NCBI GenBank assembly: GCA_963729625.1
Contig: CAVSOU010000010.1
Location: 160,001-224,000 of the forward strand
Source of the DNA: an uncultured bacterium
GTDB taxonomy: Bacteria; Chloroflexota; UBA5177; JANWHV01
Direction of reading: 5' to 3'
DNA: 64,000 nt
Below the pieces are notes generated by a model. That model saw only the letters and a program-made list of their open reading frames with translations, ran no database searches and was not told the origin of the DNA. This document shows positions 9,397 through 18,845 of this stretch, one piece after another. A program made the translations under genes and the position numbers. The first letter of the stretch is position 1, and every line of letters starts with the position of its first letter.

Positions 9397-10860
9397 ATGG
9401 TGAGGCTCCGCCCCAGGAGTGGCGTCGAGCGCGGCCGGTCGATCGACGATGCCGGGCGGCTCCGCCTGACGACCGCAGTAATGGCCGGGCGAGCGGCGAC
9501 TGCGGTATGCAGGTTCGTGGGCCGCGGGGGAACCAGCCTTCCCGGATTGATTAGTCTTCGACTGGAGCCGCGAGCCGTGCGCATGCTCTCGTCTCAACTG
9601 GGCGACGGTTCTATCGTGGTGGCGGGCACAAACGGCAAGACCACGACGTGCGCGTGGACCGCGGCTGCTATGACTGCAGGTGGAAAAGACGTCCTTCGCA
9701 ACAGCGAGGGCTCCAACATGATGCGCGGAGTTGCGACGACACTCGTCGGCGAAACGAGCATTACGGGCCGAGTCCGGCGTGCGCACCGCCGATCTGGCCT
9801 GTTTGAAGCCGACGAGGCTGCCTTGCCCACATTGCTTGAAGAGCTTCAACCGCGCATTCTAACGATCACCAATCTGTTCAGGGATCAGCTCGACCGCTAC
9901 GGTGAGATCGCGACCACGGCTGGCCGCTGGCGTGTCGCGATGTCTAGGCTGCCAACGTCCACGAGAGTCATTCTCAACGCCGACGATCCGCTGGTCACAT
10001 CTCTGGCCGATGGGGCACGAGGCCCGGTCGTGTTCTACGGTATAGCCAACTGGGCTGGCGACACCTCAAGCGAATCGAGGCCGGCGCTCTCTGCCGACTC
10101 GCTCTTCTGTCCGCGATGCGCGGTGGCGCTCAGCTTCACCTCGATCTCCTACGCCCACCTCGGTCACTATCACTGTGAGGCCTGCGGGTACAGTCGGCCT
10201 ACTCCCCAGGTATGCGCATCGGCGTCAACGGTCGATGCCGCATCGACCGTTGTGGAGATGCGGGCTTTTGGCGATAGTGCAGCGTGTCGGGTGGCGCTGC
10301 CAGGGCGCTACAACGTGTACAACGCTCTGGCAGCCACCGCCACGGCGGTAGTAGCCGGCACCCCCCTGGCGGAGGCGACGCGTGCGATTGGCGATGCTCA
10401 TGGCGCTTTCGGCCGCGCGGAGTCCGTGATGGTGGACGGCCTGGAAGTGCGATTGTTCTTGATCAAGAATCCGACCGGCGCCGACGAGGTGTTCCGTGTT
10501 GTGGCTTCAGGCGATCACGACGGAACACTTGTGCTGCTGTTGAGTGACAATGCCGCGGACGGCGAAGACGTCAGCTGGATTTGGGATGCGTCGATCGAGA
10601 TTCTGGCGCCGTGGACGGGCCCCGTGCTGTGCGGAGGGACGCGGGCCGAGGACATGGCGCTGCGCCTGAAGTATGGCGGCCAGAGAGAGCCGGTCGTGGT
10701 CGTACCTCGCGACGTCGCCCAGGCCGTTCAGCGCTCGATAGACATGACGACTGCGCGGAAGCAGGTCAACATCCTTGCCACCTATACTGCGATGCTCGAC
10801 GCGCGCTCCGCGCTGGCTCGTGCCGGCCACGTCGAGCAGTACTGGTCGAGGAAACCATGA
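9397..10860 (+). CDS. murT: Lipid II isoglutaminyl synthase subunit MurT (Mur ligase plus DUF1727)
   Basis: GGTSLPG, GTNGKTTT, EADEA, NLFRDQLDRYGE, CPRC..CEAC zinc finger, KNPTG and DVSWIWD motifs. Confidence 0.93.
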   Translation: MVRLRPRSGVERGRSIDDAGRLRLTTAVMAGRAATAVCRFVGRGGTSLPGLISLRLEPRAVRMLSSQLGDGSIVVAGTNGKTTTCAWTAAAMTAGGKDVLRNSEGSNMMRGVATTLVGETSITGRVRRAHRRSGLFEADEAALPTLLEELQPRILTITNLFRDQLDRYGEIATTAGRWRVAMSRLPTSTRVILNADDPLVTSLADGARGPVVFYGIANWAGDTSSESRPALSADSLFCPRCAVALSFTSISYAHLGHYHCEACGYSRPTPQVCASASTVDAASTVVEMRAFGDSAACRVALPGRYNVYNALAATATAVVAGTPLAEATRAIGDAHGAFGRAESVMVDGLEVRLFLIKNPTGADEVFRVVASGDHDGTLVLLLSDNAADGEDVSWIWDASIEILAPWTGPVLCGGTRAEDMALRLKYGGQREPVVVVPRDVAQAVQRSIDMTTARKQVNILATYTAMLDARSALARAGHVEQYWSRKP

Positions 10861-11612
10861 GCGGGCGAATCGCTCTAAGACTGGCATACCTGTATCCCCG
10901 CCTCATGAATCTGTACAGCGATCTCGGCAATGTCGTGTGCCTGGCACGACGCTGCGAGTGGCGCGATATCGAGCTGAGCGTGGAAGAAGTCGACCTCAAA
11001 GAAAAACCGGACTTCGAGCACTTCGACCTTCTGTTTATCGGCGGAGGCGAGGATCGCCAGCAGACGATTGCCGCCGACGATCTGCTTGTGTACAAGGCAG
11101 ATGGACTGAAGGCGGCGCTGGCCGGAGGTCTTGTCTGCCTTGCGGTCTGCGGCGGCTATCAACTGCTCGCCGAGTTTTACAAGCCTGCCGACGGCGATCC
11201 GTTGCCTGGACTGGGTCATTTTCGAGCGCACACGGTCCACCCGGGAAGCCACGTGAAGCGCTGCGTGGGTAACGTGGTCGCGCGTCGCGGCACGAGCTGG
11301 CTGGTGGGTTTCGAGAACCATGGAGGTCGTACGGTCCTAACCGGATCGGAGCCGCTCGCAAAGGTCACGTTAGGTAACGGCAACAACGGCAGAGATGGGA
11401 CTGAGGGCGCCGTCGAAGCGAACGCGTACGGCACGTACCTGCACGGTTCGCTCCTGCCAAAGAACCCCGACTTCGCAGACCACCTTATCGCATTGGCGTT
11501 GCGGCGGCGCGGCGATGCAGGGCCGCTGCGCCCGCTGGACGACGCGGCTGAAGTGCGGGCGAGGCAGGCAATGCTCGACCGCTTGAAGGTGAAGCAGCCC
11601 GCGCGCGGGTAG
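10857..11612 (+). CDS. gatD: Glutamine amidotransferase GatD (CobQ-like)
   Basis: LYPRLMNLYSD, GGGED, AVCGGYQ, GFENHGG and YLHGSLLPKNP; ATGA overlap with murT. Confidence 0.93.
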   Translation: MSGRIALRLAYLYPRLMNLYSDLGNVVCLARRCEWRDIELSVEEVDLKEKPDFEHFDLLFIGGGEDRQQTIAADDLLVYKADGLKAALAGGLVCLAVCGGYQLLAEFYKPADGDPLPGLGHFRAHTVHPGSHVKRCVGNVVARRGTSWLVGFENHGGRTVLTGSEPLAKVTLGNGNNGRDGTEGAVEANAYGTYLHGSLLPKNPDFADHLIALALRRRGDAGPLRPLDDAAEVRARQAMLDRLKVKQPARG

Positions 11613-11707
11613 CAGCCTGCTTACAGGGAACGCACGGCCGCCGTGCGAGACAGGCGAGTCAAACATGTGTCGAGACTTCCCTAGCGATCCATGTGAGCGG
11701 GAACCCA

Positions 11708-12400
11708 TTATCCCCGTCGCAGCGCAGCTCTCAAGTGCGCGATAGAGTCGGCGACCGATTGCTTGTCGTTGAACACCGAGGAGCCCGTTACAAAGACATT
11801 CGCGCCTGCGCGAGCGACCGCCGCAATATTGTCGGCGGTGATGCCACCATCGACCTGCAAGCGTGCCTTCGATCCGGAACGCGCAAGGAGATCGCAGGCC
11901 CGGCGGACCTTGTCCAGCGAGTGCATGATGAACGACTGTCCCCCGAAACCTGGATTCACGGTCATGATGAGCAGCAAGTCGATGTCCGCTGCTACTTCTT
12001 CAATCGCGGCGAGGGGCGTTCCGGGGTTGAGCGCTACGCCGGCCTGCGCGCCGATATCGCGGATCTGGTGGATCTGGCGGTGCAAATGCACGCATGCTTC
12101 CGCCTGCACGGTAATAGACGTCGCGCCGGCCTTGACGAAGGCGGGAACGTAACGCTCGGGTTCCACGATCATAAGATGTGTGTCCAGCGGGAGGTTGGTG
12201 GCATTGCGGACCGCAGCGACAATCAGCGGGCCAAACGTGATATTCGGTACAAAGCGACCGTCCATGATGTCCAGGTGAACCCAGTCCGCTCCGCCGGCGT
12301 CTGCCTCGTGTATGGTTTCGGTGAGCCGGCCGAGATTGGCGGTCAGAATCGAGGGTGCCAACCGGATGTCTTCCGGGCGATATACTTCTTCGTCCGTCAC
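11708..12400 (-). CDS. rpe: Ribulose-phosphate 3-epimerase
   Basis: APSIL, HLDIMDGRFVPNITFG, DTHLM, MTVNPGFGGQ and VDGGI motifs. Confidence 0.96.
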   Translation of the reverse strand: MTDEEVYRPEDIRLAPSILTANLGRLTETIHEADAGGADWVHLDIMDGRFVPNITFGPLIVAAVRNATNLPLDTHLMIVEPERYVPAFVKAGATSITVQAEACVHLHRQIHQIRDIGAQAGVALNPGTPLAAIEEVAADIDLLLIMTVNPGFGGQSFIMHSLDKVRRACDLLARSGSKARLQVDGGITADNIAAVARAGANVFVTGSSVFNDKQSVADSIAHLRAALRRG

Positions 12401-12568
12401 CTTGCCTCCAGATCGCTGAACCGTGGCGCCTCCGCACAACCTGGCTGCGCCCGCGCTGCTGCCGGCACGACACTGCTCATTGCCTGCTCGTGCCGAAGAC
12501 CGTCGATTCGGCGGCGCATTCCAGCATACTGCAATGTACCGTTGGCAAGGCGGGACAATGCTGGAGCG

Positions 12569-13438
12569 CTACTCGCCAACCGCCTGAAGGTACTCGACGA
12601 CCGCGCGTGTGACCTCGGTCGGCGTCGAGGAGCCGGAGGTTACGGCGACGGTCTGCACGCCACGGAGCCACTCCGGCTGGATGTCGGCGGCCGAGTCAAT
12701 CAGGCGCGCAGGCCTTCTTGCTATGTCCTGCACAACCTGGACGAGACGGCGCGAATTGTTGCTCCGCTCGTCGCCGACGACAATGACCAGGTCCGCATCA
12801 ATCGCCTGGTTTACGGCCGCCTGTTGGCGCTCCAGCGTCGCATGGCAGATATCGTTGTTGACTAGCGCGTGAGGATAGCGGATCCTGATGCGTTCGATGA
12901 CATCGGCGGTGTCCCACTGGCTTATCGTGGTTTGGGTTGCGACGGCCAGCCTCGGAGCCTCGATGCTCAGTGAGTCGACGTCGTCGGTCGTCTCGACCAG
13001 ATGAACCCGCCCTGGCGCTTCGCCGATCACGCCTTCAGGCTCGGGGTGGCCGCGCTTACCGATATAGATCACGTCATATCCGCGCTCGACAAGGTCCACG
13101 ACGAGATCATGCGTTCGGGTCACATCCGGGCACGTAGCATCGATGCAGTGAAGCCCTTTTGCCTGCGCGGCTCGCTTGATGGCGGGAGAAACGCCGTGCG
13201 CCGTGAAGATGACGGTCCCAGTGTCGACACGCTCAAGGAGCGCCATGCGGTCGGTGCCGTCCAACGTCACGATTCCCAGAGCAGTCAAACTCTCCACTGC
13301 ATGCCTGTTGTGTACGATCTGGCCCAGCACGTGAATTGGACGCGGCACGGCCGCATCCTGGGCGACACGCCTGGCCAGCTGCATGGCGTCCACGACACCA
13401 TAGCAGTATCCTCTCGGGCTGATCTTTATGACTCGCAT
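12569..13438 (-). CDS. ispH: 4-hydroxy-3-methylbut-2-enyl diphosphate reductase
   Basis: PRGYCYGV, IVHN, TAHGV, DATCPDV, HPEPEG, DICHAT and SNNS motifs. Confidence 0.96.
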   Translation of the reverse strand: MRVIKISPRGYCYGVVDAMQLARRVAQDAAVPRPIHVLGQIVHNRHAVESLTALGIVTLDGTDRMALLERVDTGTVIFTAHGVSPAIKRAAQAKGLHCIDATCPDVTRTHDLVVDLVERGYDVIYIGKRGHPEPEGVIGEAPGRVHLVETTDDVDSLSIEAPRLAVATQTTISQWDTADVIERIRIRYPHALVNNDICHATLERQQAAVNQAIDADLVIVVGDERSNNSRRLVQVVQDIARRPARLIDSAADIQPEWLRGVQTVAVTSGSSTPTEVTRAVVEYLQAVGE

Positions 13439-13613
13439 TCGGGACCCATGACCTTCCAGCCTGGAAGCCGAGACGGGAGCGGAACAGCACCGTTCCTTCG
13501 CGCCGACTCGCAGCGTCAGGCGCCGAGGCGCCATTCATGCGGCCCAGGCAACCTGCAATACGTGGAGTGTAACCCATGTTCCGATACAGCTTGCTTTGCG
13601 CTACAGTGCTGGT

Positions 13614-15506
13614 ATGCACGACACACTCGAGCCCGTTGGCCCGAATCTTGGCCAAAGCGTTGCGCGCCAGATTGACGCCGGCCGGTCCTGCCTTGTCTTG
13701 ATGCCGGGAGTCGCGGCACGGTGCGACCTCGCAGCCGGTATGGCGAGGACGCGACCGCGAGCTGTCGTCGTGCTGGGAAGGCTGCTCAAACACTATCGCG
13801 CAGGCCTGGCGCGCGCAGGATCACCCGAGGGCCGGTTTGGCGCCCTACCTCCGGCGACAGACCTGTCTGAGTTCTCCATGAGGCTGGCTCAATATGAGTC
13901 AGGGGCCTTCGACATGTTTGGGATCTCGCCTGATCAGGCGTGGCAGGCCGAAATCCTGCTTGCGCTGCGCTCCGCCCCTCCCTCCGCCGTCATAGTGGAC
14001 GTTGCAGGTCTTGCCGGCGGCCTGCACGAGTGTCTCCTCCGCGCGCGATTGCTGCTCACCCGCATCGGCACCGAGATTCCAGGCGTGCCTGTTATCCTCA
14101 CAGGTGATCCCATGAGCCCGCACCTGACGGACCTTCTGCTGCACGGTGCGGATCTCGACTGTGTACGGGATACGTCAGTCGTTCCTGTCGCCGCGCGTCT
14201 CCGGTCAGTTCGAGTCCGAAATGAATGGGAACGAGCCGAGCGTCTCCGGCAACTCTGCAGCGAGCGGAGGCGAGTGGTCATAGTCGTGGCTCCGTCTCGC
14301 GGCATTGCCGCGCGCCTACGCACCGCGTTGCACTCGAAGGGGATCGATTGCGGGCTGTTCCACAGTGGCCTCACAGCGGCCGAGCGAACTGCCGTTCTGG
14401 CGGCGATCGACGGCGCGCGGTTGCGAGTTCTTGTTGCCACGGAGGCCATTCTCGTCGAGCCGGCAATGGCCCGTGCCGGCGTGCTCGTGTTTTCCCATCC
14501 TCCGGCGTTGCCAGAGATTGTCACTCGTGCCGGGAGTTGGGCAGGCACTGGGGAAGCTGCCTTCGAGATCGTCATGCTGTTCGCCCGGGACGACTTTCGA
14601 GCTATGCAGAGTCGCGCGCGCGCCCGCACTCCCACGTTAGCCGATGTCCGGGAGACATACAGGTCTCTCCGCGCACAGGCCCGAGAGGAGTATGTGCTGT
14701 ACGCGATGACCGCCAGCGCTTCCGTTCCCAGGCATCCGAGCGGTCCCGACCAGTCAGCGCAGAGCCTTGCCCTGTTGGAAATTGCCGGCTACTGCCGCAG
14801 ACTAGATGATTTCCCCCGGGCAGCCACGATAACTGCTCTTGTGGGGCCTGATGAGCTGTCGTCGATTCCGCCTGAGCTCCGGTCGTCCCTGGGCCACATC
14901 TCACCGCTGCAGCCAATGCAATTGGCTGGCGCGCTTCGCACATCGCCTGTGACACTGCAGCGATCACTGCTTGAGGCCGATAGAAACGGAACAGTCGCCT
15001 TTCGACCCCACGGCCGAGAGACGCTGTACGAGCTTCTGGCGCCGCCGCCATCCGCAACTGACATGCTCTCGTATCTCGTCAGCAGCATGGCATCCAGCGC
15101 TGCGCGCGCTGCCTCAACCATACCGTCAATTGTCCTGCCCGGTTGCCGGTGCAGGGTGCAGGCACTCGCAATGGCGATGTCCTGGAGCGCAGTGCCGGTA
15201 TGCGGTCACTGTGATCGCTGCCTACCTGAAGGTATCGCGGCGCGACCGCAGCAGGTATCCGACGCCGTCACAGCACTGACTGCACTCGCCGGCGTACCCT
15301 TTGCCATGCGGCGAGGTGCGGTGCATCGTGTCATCGCGGCGTCCCTCCGGGACGCGAATCGGGCGGCAGATCGCGAGATTGTCGGGGCTTTGATCGACGA
15401 GCTCCTTGCGCGGCGATTGATCGAACGGCGTCCTGGACAACTTGGAGATCTCTTCGGAGTGGGCGAGCAGGGCCGTGCCGCGTTGGACGCATGGGATCAG
15501 GTATAG
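13614..15506 (+). CDS. RecQ-like protein with degenerate helicase motifs (putative pseudo-helicase)
   Basis: RecQ layout (CLVLMP, ISPD, VIVD, FHSGL..ER, VLVAT, CR..CGHCDRC zinc site), but Walker A, DEAH and motif VI are replaced. Confidence 0.75.
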   Translation: MHDTLEPVGPNLGQSVARQIDAGRSCLVLMPGVAARCDLAAGMARTRPRAVVVLGRLLKHYRAGLARAGSPEGRFGALPPATDLSEFSMRLAQYESGAFDMFGISPDQAWQAEILLALRSAPPSAVIVDVAGLAGGLHECLLRARLLLTRIGTEIPGVPVILTGDPMSPHLTDLLLHGADLDCVRDTSVVPVAARLRSVRVRNEWERAERLRQLCSERRRVVIVVAPSRGIAARLRTALHSKGIDCGLFHSGLTAAERTAVLAAIDGARLRVLVATEAILVEPAMARAGVLVFSHPPALPEIVTRAGSWAGTGEAAFEIVMLFARDDFRAMQSRARARTPTLADVRETYRSLRAQAREEYVLYAMTASASVPRHPSGPDQSAQSLALLEIAGYCRRLDDFPRAATITALVGPDELSSIPPELRSSLGHISPLQPMQLAGALRTSPVTLQRSLLEADRNGTVAFRPHGRETLYELLAPPPSATDMLSYLVSSMASSAARAASTIPSIVLPGCRCRVQALAMAMSWSAVPVCGHCDRCLPEGIAARPQQVSDAVTALTALAGVPFAMRRGAVHRVIAASLRDANRAADREIVGALIDELLARRLIERRPGQLGDLFGVGEQGRAALDAWDQV

Positions 15507-15577
15507 TGTACGAGCGGGAAACCCAGTGGAAGAGGGAGCGACACTGCAGTGTGGCTGTGCCCGAGGAGCGTTGAGCC

Positions 15578-16000
15578 GTGATCGTGTTTGTTCTCGGGTG
15601 TGGCCGGCTCGGCGCCCGCCTCGCGAAAGACCTGGACGCAAGAGGCCACGACGTCATCGTCCTGGACCTTTCGAACGAGGCGTTCTCGCGACTGGGGTCG
15701 GAATTCAAGGGACGCAAGGTGCACGGGGATGGTCTTGACCTGGACGTGCTTCTGGACGCAGGTCTGTCGGATGCGGAGGTGTTCGTCGCTTGCACGAGCG
15801 GTGACAATCGAAATCTCACAGCGAGCCAATACGCGCGCGAAATCTTCGCGGTGCCGAAGGTGATATCGCGAGTCAGCGATCCTCTTCGCGGCGAGATCTA
15901 TGCAGAGATGGGACTGCAGACGATCTCTCCCACCGTGTTGGGCGCCCAGCTCATCTTCGACGCGTTGACCGGCCGGATCCCAACGGTCGACTGCGAATAG
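15578..16000 (+). CDS. TrkA-N/KtrA-type stand-alone RCK domain protein
   Basis: VLGCGRLG Rossmann motif, GDG and TSGDNRN; GAGGAG SD before the GTG start. Confidence 0.9.
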   Translation: MIVFVLGCGRLGARLAKDLDARGHDVIVLDLSNEAFSRLGSEFKGRKVHGDGLDLDVLLDAGLSDAEVFVACTSGDNRNLTASQYAREIFAVPKVISRVSDPLRGEIYAEMGLQTISPTVLGAQLIFDALTGRIPTVDCE

Positions 16001-16006
16001 GCGCGT

Positions 16007-16594
16007 CTAGCTCACATGCCTGGCGGCCTCGGCGGCCTGGGCTTCAGTCATTCTAGACCGCTTGAGCACGGTGCCGGGAGCTCCCACGACAATCGAGCCG
16101 GGCGGGACGTTCTCAATCACCAGGGCCATCGCGCCAATCTTGCTTCCGGCGCCGATGGTCACGGGGCCCAGGATGCTTGCTCCGCAACCGATCACGACAT
16201 CGTTCTCAATCGTAGGGTGACGTTTCACACGGCCCGACTTCATGTCTTTCCACCAGCCGGTGGCGCCGAGCGTGACCTGGTGGTACAGCATCACGTTATC
16301 GCCGATCTCCGCGGTTTCCCCGATCACCACGCCTGACCCGTGGTCGATGAAGAACCGCTCTCCGATCTTCGCACCCGGGTGGATCTCGATGCCCCCGGTG
16401 AGAATCCTGGCCACCTGGCAGATCAAGCGCGGAACAAACGGCACATTCTTGGTATAAAGCCGGTGAGCAACCCGGTATGCCCACAGCGCATGCAGGCCGG
16501 GGTAGAGCAGAACCTCGGCAACGTTCTTGGCTGCCGGATCCTTCTCGAATACGACCGCGATATCCTTCCGCATCTGAGAGAGTATCCCACCCAT
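16007..16594 (-). CDS. cysE: Serine O-acetyltransferase
   Basis: [38 protein letters not shown] and KRHPT motifs; downstream of a Cys T-box. Confidence 0.95.
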   Translation of the reverse strand: MGGILSQMRKDIAVVFEKDPAAKNVAEVLLYPGLHALWAYRVAHRLYTKNVPFVPRLICQVARILTGGIEIHPGAKIGERFFIDHGSGVVIGETAEIGDNVMLYHQVTLGATGWWKDMKSGRVKRHPTIENDVVIGCGASILGPVTIGAGSKIGAMALVIENVPPGSIVVGAPGTVLKRSRMTEAQAAEAARHVS

Positions 16595-16629
16595 GACCCC
16601 ATCCCTGCGAACGCGCTGCCACATGACAA

Positions 16630-16888
16630 CAAAAAACACCCAGCCCCAAAGGGCGGGTGCCATCCCGTGGTTCCACCTTTGTTGCCTGCCCAGAAGCGAG
16701 CCACTTATGCGCACCGCATGCGCCGCCCTCAAACCGTGGCGACCGGACGATCCATACGCCGACCAGCGCCGCTCAGGACCGCTGCTCAGGTAGAAGGGCA
16801 CTTCCCCGAGCCGGACTTCAACCGCGCTTTCACCATTCGCGGCTCGCTGGACGGTTGCCGCTCGAGTACTCTTCTTCTACAACGCTGT
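16630..16888 (-). promoter_or_regulatory. T-box riboswitch, Cys-specific, with intrinsic terminator
   Basis: Stem I elements (AGTA, AGCGAG, GGTGAAA); specifier TGC at 16800-16798; T-box AACAAAGGTGGAACCACGG at 16683-16665, where UGGA pairs with the U73 discriminator of tRNA-Cys; CACCC/GGGTG hairpin plus U6. Confidence 0.93.
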
Positions 16889-16894
16889 ACTCGT

Positions 16895-16923
16895 AACGTA
16901 CTTGTGGGTTTGTCACTTGTCAA
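16895..16923 (-). promoter_or_regulatory. Sigma70-type promoter for the T-box-cysE unit
   Basis: TTGACA-N17-TACGTT immediately upstream of the T-box leader. Confidence 0.7.
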
Positions 16924-17069
16924 GCGAGTGCGGACATCTCACTCGGGGTCTGCAAATAGTCGTCTGTATAAGGGGCCGTGCCCCTTGCAAGGCTCTGGCC
17001 CGCCACCCTCGCCTGGCGACCCTTCGATGCGCATTTGACCCGCCGCACCGCGGCGTGTAGCATCGCGTC

Positions 17070-17579
17070 ATGATCGATGAAGAGGCCAATCTGCACGAGC
17101 TGGCCGCGGCGGTCGCCGGCGCGGCGATGAGGTCTGCCACAGCCATCTGCACTGCCGAATCCTGCACTGGAGGCGCATTGGCATATCTGCTCGCCCAGGT
17201 GCCGGGCGTGTCGGCGGTGTTCCAGGGCAGTGTTGTCGCGTATGCCAATATCGCGAAGGTCGAGATCCTTGGTGTGCCTGTGTCGGTGCTCGATGCCTAC
17301 GGAGCCGTAAGTGAACAAGTTGCGCGAGCGATGGCCAGGGGCGCGTGCCGCCGTTTGCATGCGTCGGTAGGCGTATCTACCACCGGTATCGCCGGCCCTT
17401 CAGGCGGCACTGACGCAAAACCCGTTGGGCTCGTCTATATCGCCGTCTACGGCCCGGACATCGACGTCGTCACTGAGTTCCGCTTTGCTGGTGGGCGTGC
17501 AGCGGTGATACGTCAGGCAACGCGCGAAGCGTTGCACGGTCTTGAGCGGGCTCTCTCAGCGCGGTCCAATTGTGTTTAG
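17070..17579 (+). CDS. cinA: CinA C-terminal / PncC NMN deamidase
   Basis: AESCTGG, YAN.AK, GAVSEQVA, TTGIAGP and KPVGLVY motifs; upstream of recA. Confidence 0.9.
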   Translation: MIDEEANLHELAAAVAGAAMRSATAICTAESCTGGALAYLLAQVPGVSAVFQGSVVAYANIAKVEILGVPVSVLDAYGAVSEQVARAMARGACRRLHASVGVSTTGIAGPSGGTDAKPVGLVYIAVYGPDIDVVTEFRFAGGRAAVIRQATREALHGLERALSARSNCV

Positions 17580-17590
17580 GGCTGAGGCCA

Positions 17591-17619
17591 TGGTATCATA
17601 GATTCTAGAACGCACGTTC
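17591..17619 (+). promoter_or_regulatory. recA extended -10 element and LexA (Cheo) box
   Basis: TGGTATCAT extended -10 at 17591-17599; GAAC-GCAC-GTTC at 17608-17619. Confidence 0.8.
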
Positions 17620-17637
17620 AAGGAAAGGTAAGAATAC

Positions 17638-18675
17638 GTGGCCGTTGCAACTCAGCAATCGGATCGCGACAAGGCACTCGAAACAGCCATGGCCCAGATT
17701 GACCGCCAGTTTGGCAAGGGTGCGATCATGCGCCTTGGCGAAGTCACCAAGATGAATATCGAGGCCATACCGACCGGGTCGATCGCACTCGACCTCAGCC
17801 TTGGCATCGGTGGCGTTCCGCGTGGGCGCATTATCGAAATCTTTGGCCCTGAGTCTTCTGGAAAAACGACATTGGCCCAGCACATCCTGGCAGAATCACA
17901 GCGGATGGGTGGCGTTGTTGCCTATGTCGACGCCGAACACGCGCTCGATCCGCAATACGCAGCGCGATGCGGCGTCAATGTGAATGACATGCTCATCTCG
18001 CAACCAGATACCGGTGAACAGGCTCTCGAGATCGTGGACGTGCTGGTTCGTAGCGGCGCAGTCGACGCAATCGTTGTTGATTCGGTTGCCGCGCTCGTGA
18101 CCCGCGCTGAGATCGAAGGCGATATGGGCGACGCGCACGTGGGCTCACAAGCGCGCCTGATGTCCCAGGCGTTGCGGAAGCTGGCCGCCGCCATCAGCAA
18201 GTCGAACAGCCTCGTGATTTTCATCAATCAGTTGCGCGAAAAGATTGGCGTCGTGTATGGCAATCCCGAAACTACGCCTGGAGGCAAGGCGTTGAAGTTC
18301 TACGCTTCTGTCCGTCTGGATATTCGTGCAATCGACCAGATCAAGCAGGGAACTGAGTCAATAGGCAGGCGCGTGCGCGTCAAGATCGTCAAGAACAAGG
18401 TCGCTCCCCCGTTCCGCGTCGCGGAGTTTGATCTCATGTACAACGAGGGGATTTCCAAGGAAGGTGGACTCCTGGACGTTGGCCTCGAGCTTGGCATCCT
18501 GAAGAAGAGCGGCGCCTTCTACTCCTTTGGCGACACAAAGCTTGGCCAGGGGCGGGAGAACGCCAAGGAGTTTCTCCGGCAGAATCAGGACATGCGAGAC
18601 GAAATCGATCGCCTGATTCGCGCCAACGTGGCGAATTTCCACGCGCCTCTGATCCCTGACACTTTGACCGACTGA
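17638..18675 (+). CDS. recA: Recombinase RecA
   Basis: [28 protein letters not shown] and [10 protein letters not shown] motifs. Confidence 0.99.
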   Translation: MAVATQQSDRDKALETAMAQIDRQFGKGAIMRLGEVTKMNIEAIPTGSIALDLSLGIGGVPRGRIIEIFGPESSGKTTLAQHILAESQRMGGVVAYVDAEHALDPQYAARCGVNVNDMLISQPDTGEQALEIVDVLVRSGAVDAIVVDSVAALVTRAEIEGDMGDAHVGSQARLMSQALRKLAAAISKSNSLVIFINQLREKIGVVYGNPETTPGGKALKFYASVRLDIRAIDQIKQGTESIGRRVRVKIVKNKVAPPFRVAEFDLMYNEGISKEGGLLDVGLELGILKKSGAFYSFGDTKLGQGRENAKEFLRQNQDMRDEIDRLIRANVANFHAPLIPDTLTD

Positions 18676-18845
18676 CGCTGCGCTCGGCCGAGCAGGTGCT
18701 CGAAGCGATCGAGTGCAGAGACCCGCATTCGCGCTGGGCGCGCTGCACTGGCGGCAGCACGTGTGGCGCCTGACAGGCATGCCTCGCGACGTGTGCCTGC
18801 ACTTCAATTCGCTGTGATGCCCGGTCGCATGCTACCTTTGTGTGC

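Noticed and set aside
11693-12865. Long plus-strand ORF opposite rpe (likewise 21399-22439, 32611-33717, 33692-34489, 49720-50616)
   Set aside because: Antisense shadows of well-supported genes, expected at high GC.
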